Source: the human T2T-CHM13v2.0 reference genome, Homo sapiens
DNA: 64,000 bases
Assembly: GCF_009914755.1 (NCBI RefSeq)
Contig: NC_060946.1
Strand: one strand, 5' to 3'
In this document: positions 58,490 through 64,000 of the stretch, one piece after another
Numbering within the stretch: the stretch's first letter is position 1
How the letters are laid out: each line of letters begins with the position of its first letter
Notes under the pieces: model-generated
The model's input: only the letters and a program-made list of their open reading frames with translations
The model's database searches: none
What the model was told of the DNA's origin: nothing
Program-made: the position numbers and the translations under genes

Positions 58490-61193
58490 CTCAAGTAGAT
58501 TCCTCTGTTTGGGACATGGAAGTTCCTGGTAGAGCTGTAAATGCACCCCCAGTCTAGTTTAGTTTGAAACCCAGTGTTGGTTACCCATGTTAGAAAACAA
58601 TATCCTTTGAGACCTGAAGCACAATGGGGTGTATAGCCCCTGATAGCAAAGTTTCTAAACTACAGATTACCGCAACCCTGTCAGCCCCCATGTAACACCC
58701 CTGTCCTGCCTGTAAATAAACCAAATGGGGAATACAAATTTGTTCAGGAGCTGAGGATGGTTAACGAGGCAGCAGTCCCAGTCTACCCAAATAGTTCCTA
58801 ATCCTCACACAATATTGACCCAAGTTTCTGAAGATGCTAATTGGTTCATGGTATTAGACTTAAAGGAAACTTTCTTCTCTACACCTTTACACCTGGACCC
58901 CCCAGTATATTTTTGCATTTGAATAGACTAATCCAGATGCTGTTGCTACATTTCAGTTTACCTGGACTGTCCTCCCTCAAGGTTTTAGGGATAGTCCCCA
59001 TCCCATTGGGAATGCGTTGGCAAAATAATTAAGGGAACTACAGTTAACAAATGGATCTCTCCTACAATATGTGGATGGCCTATTAATTTCCAGCCCTACT
59101 AGGGAAGATTCTGGAAAAAAAATACAATTTAGGCCCTTAATTTTTTGGGAAAACAAGGGTATCAGCTGTCTCCCCATGAGACCCAGACTTCTGTTCAAAA
59201 GATTAAATACTTGGTATACATGCTCACTCCTGGAACAAGAACCCTAGCCCAGAAATGAAAATAGACCATCCTGGCACTCCAGCCCCCTCAGACTAAGAAA
59301 GAGTTAAGAACATTTCTGGGAATGACTGCATTTTGCCAGATTTTTATTCCCGTTTGAGATCATAGCAAAATCACTCTATGAATCTTTAAAAGGAAATTAT
59401 TATGAGCCTTTGAATTGGGATGGAACTTGGCAAAAGGATTTCTAACCCTAAAAGAAAAACCTGGAACAGTCCCTGCTCTGGGACTCCCAAACTTAGAAAA
59501 ACATTTTACCCTCTATGTGGCTGAAAAATAAAGGACAGCCCCGGATTTCTAACTCAAAGGCTCAAGCATATTTCTAGACCAGGTGGTAGCTGGGTGGGCA
59601 CAATGCTTGTTACTGTGGCCATCATTCCTCTATTGGTAGAAAAAGCCAGTAAGTTTACTTTAGGACAACAATTAGATGTCATGACCACCACTGCCACATG
59701 AAGTACAGGGGATCCTAGAGGGAAAACAGAATCAGTGGTTAACAGGGGCCAGATACTTAAATATCAGCCCTTTGGCTGGACACCTCAAATGTTACCCTTA
59801 AAGTATATTGAGTTTTAAACCCTGCTACCCTGTTGCCAGACCTCACATCCCAAGAAACAGATCCCCAACTCATCCACTTCTGTGTAGAAACCATAGAACA
59901 GATCTGCTCTGGCAGGCCTGAACTTAAAGATGAGCCCCTGCCTAACCCTGATGTTCAGTGGTTTATAGACAGAAGTAGCTTTATTTTGAGGGAGTAAAGA
60001 AGACAGATTATGCTGTGGTTAGCCAACAAGAAGTAATTGAGATCAAACTTTTGCTTCTCCAGACTTCTACTCAAAAAGTGGAATTAATCACTCTAATTAG
60101 GTTTCTCCAGCTGGAAAAAGACTTAACAATATATTTGCAGATTCTAAATATGAATTCCTGGTACTCCATACTTGTGTTGTCATATGAAAAGAAAGAGGAC
60201 TATTAACAGCTGAGGGATTCCCCCATACAACATCACTCTGAGATCTTGGAACTTTTAGATGCCATCAAACTCCAAAAGAAATAGAAGTTATTCATTGCGG
60301 GAGACACAAAAAGGGAGATATCTCTATCATTATGGAAAATGACCTGGCACCAAAGGCCACTGCTAAGGACAGCTCAATACTGTTAGCTTCTGCACTAATA
60401 CCTGATACTCCACTCATGTCAGTGACAACACACTGTACACTTGAGGAAATTAAATAGGCAGAAAAAAGACTTAGAGAAAGATTCCCCAGGGTGGTTGCTA
60501 GAAAGCAAAAAACTCTCCCTGAGGCTGAGCAATGAAAAATAAGCATTTCCACAACCCCTCACACTTGAGATGGGATTCTCTATTCAAACTGGTTTCCCAA
60601 ATATTACTGGGGAAGAGACATTTCAGACTGGAAAAAGGGTCACTAGGGCCTGTGAACTTTGTGCCCATAACAACTCAGGAAGGCATCCCATACCCCTGCC
60701 CCTACTTAAACCTGTACAACACCAAGAAACATACGCTGGAGAAGACTGGCAAATAGATTTCACCCAGATGCCACCTTAAAGGTGACTAAAATATTTGTTA
60801 ATACTTACAGACACTTTCACTGGGTAGATAGAAGCTTTCCCTACAAGGACAGAAAAAGCATTAGAAGTGTTCAAATTCTTGCTTAGAGAAATAACCCCAA
60901 GGTCTGGATTACCAAAAAGTTTACAAAGTGATAACAGACTTACCTTTTCAGCTAAGGTGACCCAGCAGGTTTCCTCAGCATTAGGCGATACCTATCATCT
61001 TCACTCCTCCTGGAGGCCTCAATCCTTGGGTAAGGTAGAAAAGGCCAACCGTGTTTTAAAGAGGATATCAGGAAAACTCTGTCAGATCTCAGAGGCCTGA
61101 GTTTCTCTCCTACCCATAGCCTTCTTATGCATTAAGATGGCTCCAAACGGGACCTTAAAGCTTAGTCTATTGAAAGGATTTATGGAAGGCCCT
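58490..61193 (+). pseudogene. pol: ERV pol remnant (RT, RNase H, integrase core)
   Basis: WFMVLDLK; QFTWTVLPQGFRDSPH (58954-59001); LQYVDGLLI (59062-59088, YVDD mutated); WFIDRSS and TSTQKVELI (RNase H); GEDWQIDFTQMP, SLQSDN and WRPQSLGKVEKAN (integrase DDE); many stops. Confidence 0.92.
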
Positions 61194-61543
61194 TGATATG
61201 GTTTGGCTCTGTCCCTACCCAAATCTCATCTTGAATTTCCACACTTGGGAGGGATGTGGTAGGAGGTAATTGAGTCGTGGGGGCAGGTCTTTCCTGTGCT
61301 GTTCTCGTGATAACAAATAAGTCTCATGAAATCTGTTGGCTTTATAAGACAGAGTTTCCAAGCACAAGCTCTCTTTTTGCCTGCTGCCATCCATGTAAGA
61401 CGTGCCTTGCTCCTCCTCGCCTTCCACCATGATTGTGAGGCTTCTCCAACCATGTCGACCTGTAAGTCTATTAAACACCTTTCTTTTGTAAATTTCCCAG
61501 TCTTGGGTATGTTTTCATCAGCAGTGTGAAAACAGACTAATCA
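61194..61543 (+). mobile_element. THE1A/B solo LTR inside the ERV
   Basis: tgatatggtttggctctgtccctacccaaatctcatcttgaatt...gctgccatccatgtaagacgtg...aaaacagactaat. Confidence 0.92.
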
Positions 61544-61544
61544 T

Positions 61545-62952
61545 CCCCACGGGATGGAACAGTTAAGTTTCAATTTGTCTCCACTAAGATCAACATGACA
61601 TTAAATCTTACTCAGGGCTTTGTAACAACACCATTACCATTGACTATACCAACTGAAGAGATAACCAAAAGACTTGAATGTGTATACCTCATAGACATCC
61701 ATAACTGATCCACCCAGAAGGAGACTCACATGCTTAATTGTCCATCTTTGACCATCCCCTGTTGTCTGTGTAGAACCAGGTTTGTGAGAATACAACATAT
61801 GTAGGCAGTTGGCATCTGTCCTTGGTTTACCCAATGGTATTCTCTGCCAAACATCAACCCAGTACCACCCATTGGTGTCCCACATCTCATTTGGTAGTGG
61901 AGTCTAACAAAAATGAGCCCCCTTAAAACTGATAGGCATTCTGGGCAGGTATCAAGATAGTCAAGTGGAGGCTTCTTTACCTACCCCCTAAGGGGGAAAA
62001 TCATTCACCACTACTAAGGGATCATTCATTGGGCCAATACACCCAGCTCTCAGGGGAGGGCCTCTTTTGCCCCAATGCAACAGCAATGTTCTTGCCTGGT
62101 GACCTACTTTGATTAACTGGTTTAACTCCACAGCCCTCCATCAGGTATGTACACCTCCTGGATATGTATTCGTTTGCACTAGTCAATGGAATAAACTGTC
62201 CTCTGAAGGCAAGACTGTTCCTGTCTTTACATACCATAGCCTATCCTTGTGTAGACAACTCTCAGTTCCAAGGAAAATGTACTATAGGACAGTTGGGCCC
62301 CAGTAGAGTAATGGTCCGTAGCCTTATCTCCAAAATTAGACATAAGAGAACAACTGGACTAATCCTGCTGGGATAGAAGTGGCTATAGGAATAGCAACCC
62401 TCTGGGGAGGCTTCACCTACCATGAAGCTACCCTAAGAAACAGTTACCCAGGCTATAGAACACTTGGCTACAAGCATAGGAGAGAGCTTACAGGGTCTCC
62501 AGGCTTCCCTAGACTCATTGGCCAACATTGCCCTCAACAATAGACTAGCTGTAGACTGTCTTCTAGCCTAACAAGTGGGGGAGGTCTGTGTAGTAGTCAA
62601 CAAGACTTGCTGCACTTATATCAACAACTTTAGAAAGGTTGAGGCCAACATGCAAAATATATATAAACAAGTTACCTGGTTACATAGATATAACCAGGGA
62701 ACCGACCCCAACTATTTCTGGTCAACTATCAGAAATGGTCTGCCAAGCTTCACACGGTTTTTATTCTTCCTAAGACCTTTAATGGCTATCTCGTTATTAC
62801 TAATCTTTGGCATTTGCTTGTTTAACCTCCTTGTAAAGTTTGTGTCTTCTAAATTACAAGAACTTCATGTGAAGATAATGCTGGCACAAGGTTTCCTACC
62901 CATCCTGTCTTGTGAACTGGAAAGAAAGACTTTCTGCCTTTGGGCCCCTTAG
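61545..62952 (+). pseudogene. env: ERV env remnant (partial SU plus TM)
   Basis: Furin site RHKR at 62338-62349, then hydrophobic TTGLILLG; ISD-like LNNRLAVDCLLA (62533-62568) with in-frame TAA at 62569; CX6CC CVVVNKTCC; hydrophobic anchor AISLLLIFGICLFNLLVKFVSS. Confidence 0.9.
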
Positions 62953-63098
62953 ATCAGGCATCCAGAGATTTTTACTCCTCCAATGGTAGACAGGGCTTAC
63001 ACCCATAATATCAGTAGGCATCTGTTGCAGAAGATAGATCTCCTTCCTTCTACAATCCCTTAAGATTAAGAATGAGTGTATAATTGCTGAGTGGGGAA

Positions 63099-63525
63099 TG
63101 AGGTAGGAGATGAAGCAGATAGCTGCACCATCTCAGTCCCTGAAGAGAGGGAAGGCATGGGGCTCAGCTTGGGAGAGTTCTTGGCTTCACTCAGGAAACA
63201 ACTCAAGAGCAAGCCAAGAGTGAAAGAAAGCAAGTTTATTAGAGTAACAGTGTCCAGCAAAATGGCTGCTCCATAGACAGAGCAGAGCTACCCCACAGGC
63301 AGAGGAGCACTCATGGATTTCTGGCTAGCTATATTTACAGCTAATTCTAAATGATATGCTAAAAGCAAGGGTTGGGTTATTTCTGAATTTTCCAAAGGGC
63401 GAGGAGTTCTCGGAACCATATAAGGTAACTTCTGGGCATTGCCAGGTCATGGCGCTGGTGGGAGTGTCTTATAGCATCCAAATGCATCATAATTCCTAGT
63501 CCAAGTTTAACCCAAACTTGGGGGT
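63099..63525 (-). mobile_element. MER41-family LTR (start on + strand, body on - strand)
   Basis: 'tgaggtaggag' directly after the PPT; minus strand reads 'gacactcccaccagcgccatgac...gttaccttatatgg...ctgctctgtctatggagcagccatt...aataaacttgctttc...gaagccaagaac'. Confidence 0.8.
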
Positions 63526-63724
63526 TTGCTTGTATCATTTTGAACCTCTCTGTAAATGTATGTGTATCATGTTAATTGGGTCCTCTTTTAAGATCTCTGT
63601 TTCATCACTGCCACCTTAGCTGACTTCTTGTTTATTCATTCTCAAACGACTCCAAGGTTATCTCCTGTTCTGCTTGTCCCCACAGGGAATTACATGTCCC
63701 CAGGGGGACTTGTAATTACTTGTC

Positions 63725-64000
63725 CCCAGGGGCCTATGCCCTTTGGCTCCCCAGTAGTTTCACCCAATGGGAGGCACTGGCAGAAGACAGGATAGAAAGA
63801 AAATGGGTATTTCTCTCCCACTCTCCCTGGGTATCCCCAGCTGCAGTACAATCTTCTGAGATTCAGCTCTTACAGGGATGTCCTCACTGATTCTAGCTCC
63901 CGCTGCAGGTCTACACTTATGAGCTCTGGTAGTACCATCATTTCCTGGTGACTCTAAGGCTCTAACTAAGGGTTGTAGCAGCTTTTCCTACCGGAACTTC
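63725..64000 (+). mobile_element. LTR33/LTR41-like ERVL LTR relic
   Basis: 'gccctttggctccccagtagtttcacccaatgggaggcactggcag...agggttgtagcagcttttcc'. Confidence 0.5.

Larger units (their letters stand above)
56655..63098 (+). mobile_element. Class I ERV internal region (PRIMA41/MER41-int-like), decayed, no 5' LTR seen
   Basis: Colinear gag, RT, RNase H, integrase and env remnants, followed by a PPT-like 'gagtggggaa' and a MER41-family LTR. Confidence 0.88.

Overview
Primate (human-like) genomic DNA with no recognisable intact protein-coding gene, rRNA or tRNA. About half or more of the window is interspersed repeat: 10 Alus, L1M/L1PB fragments, many MIR/L2/CR1 relics, MaLR LTRs (MLT1, MST, THE1), ERVL LTRs, and DNA-transposon relics (MADE1, MER33, MER5, MER91). 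From about 56.65 to 63.5 kb lies a decayed class I (gamma-like) endogenous retrovirus with gag, pol and env remnants and a MER41-family LTR (PRIMA41-like). It has been disrupted by L1PB and THE1 insertions, and most of its 3' LTR appears inverted. Other notable structures: a ~2 kb AT-rich imperfect palindrome (20.2-22.3 kb), a 47-bp-stem hairpin built from two tail-to-tail L2 ends (43.24-43.35 kb, miRNA-like), a full-length MADE1 hairpin, and a ~600 bp alternating purine/pyrimidine tract. Repeat subfamily names come from recognising consensus motifs by eye and need RepeatMasker/Dfam confirmation; boundaries of old repeats are approximate. I found no convincing evidence for a new biological system.
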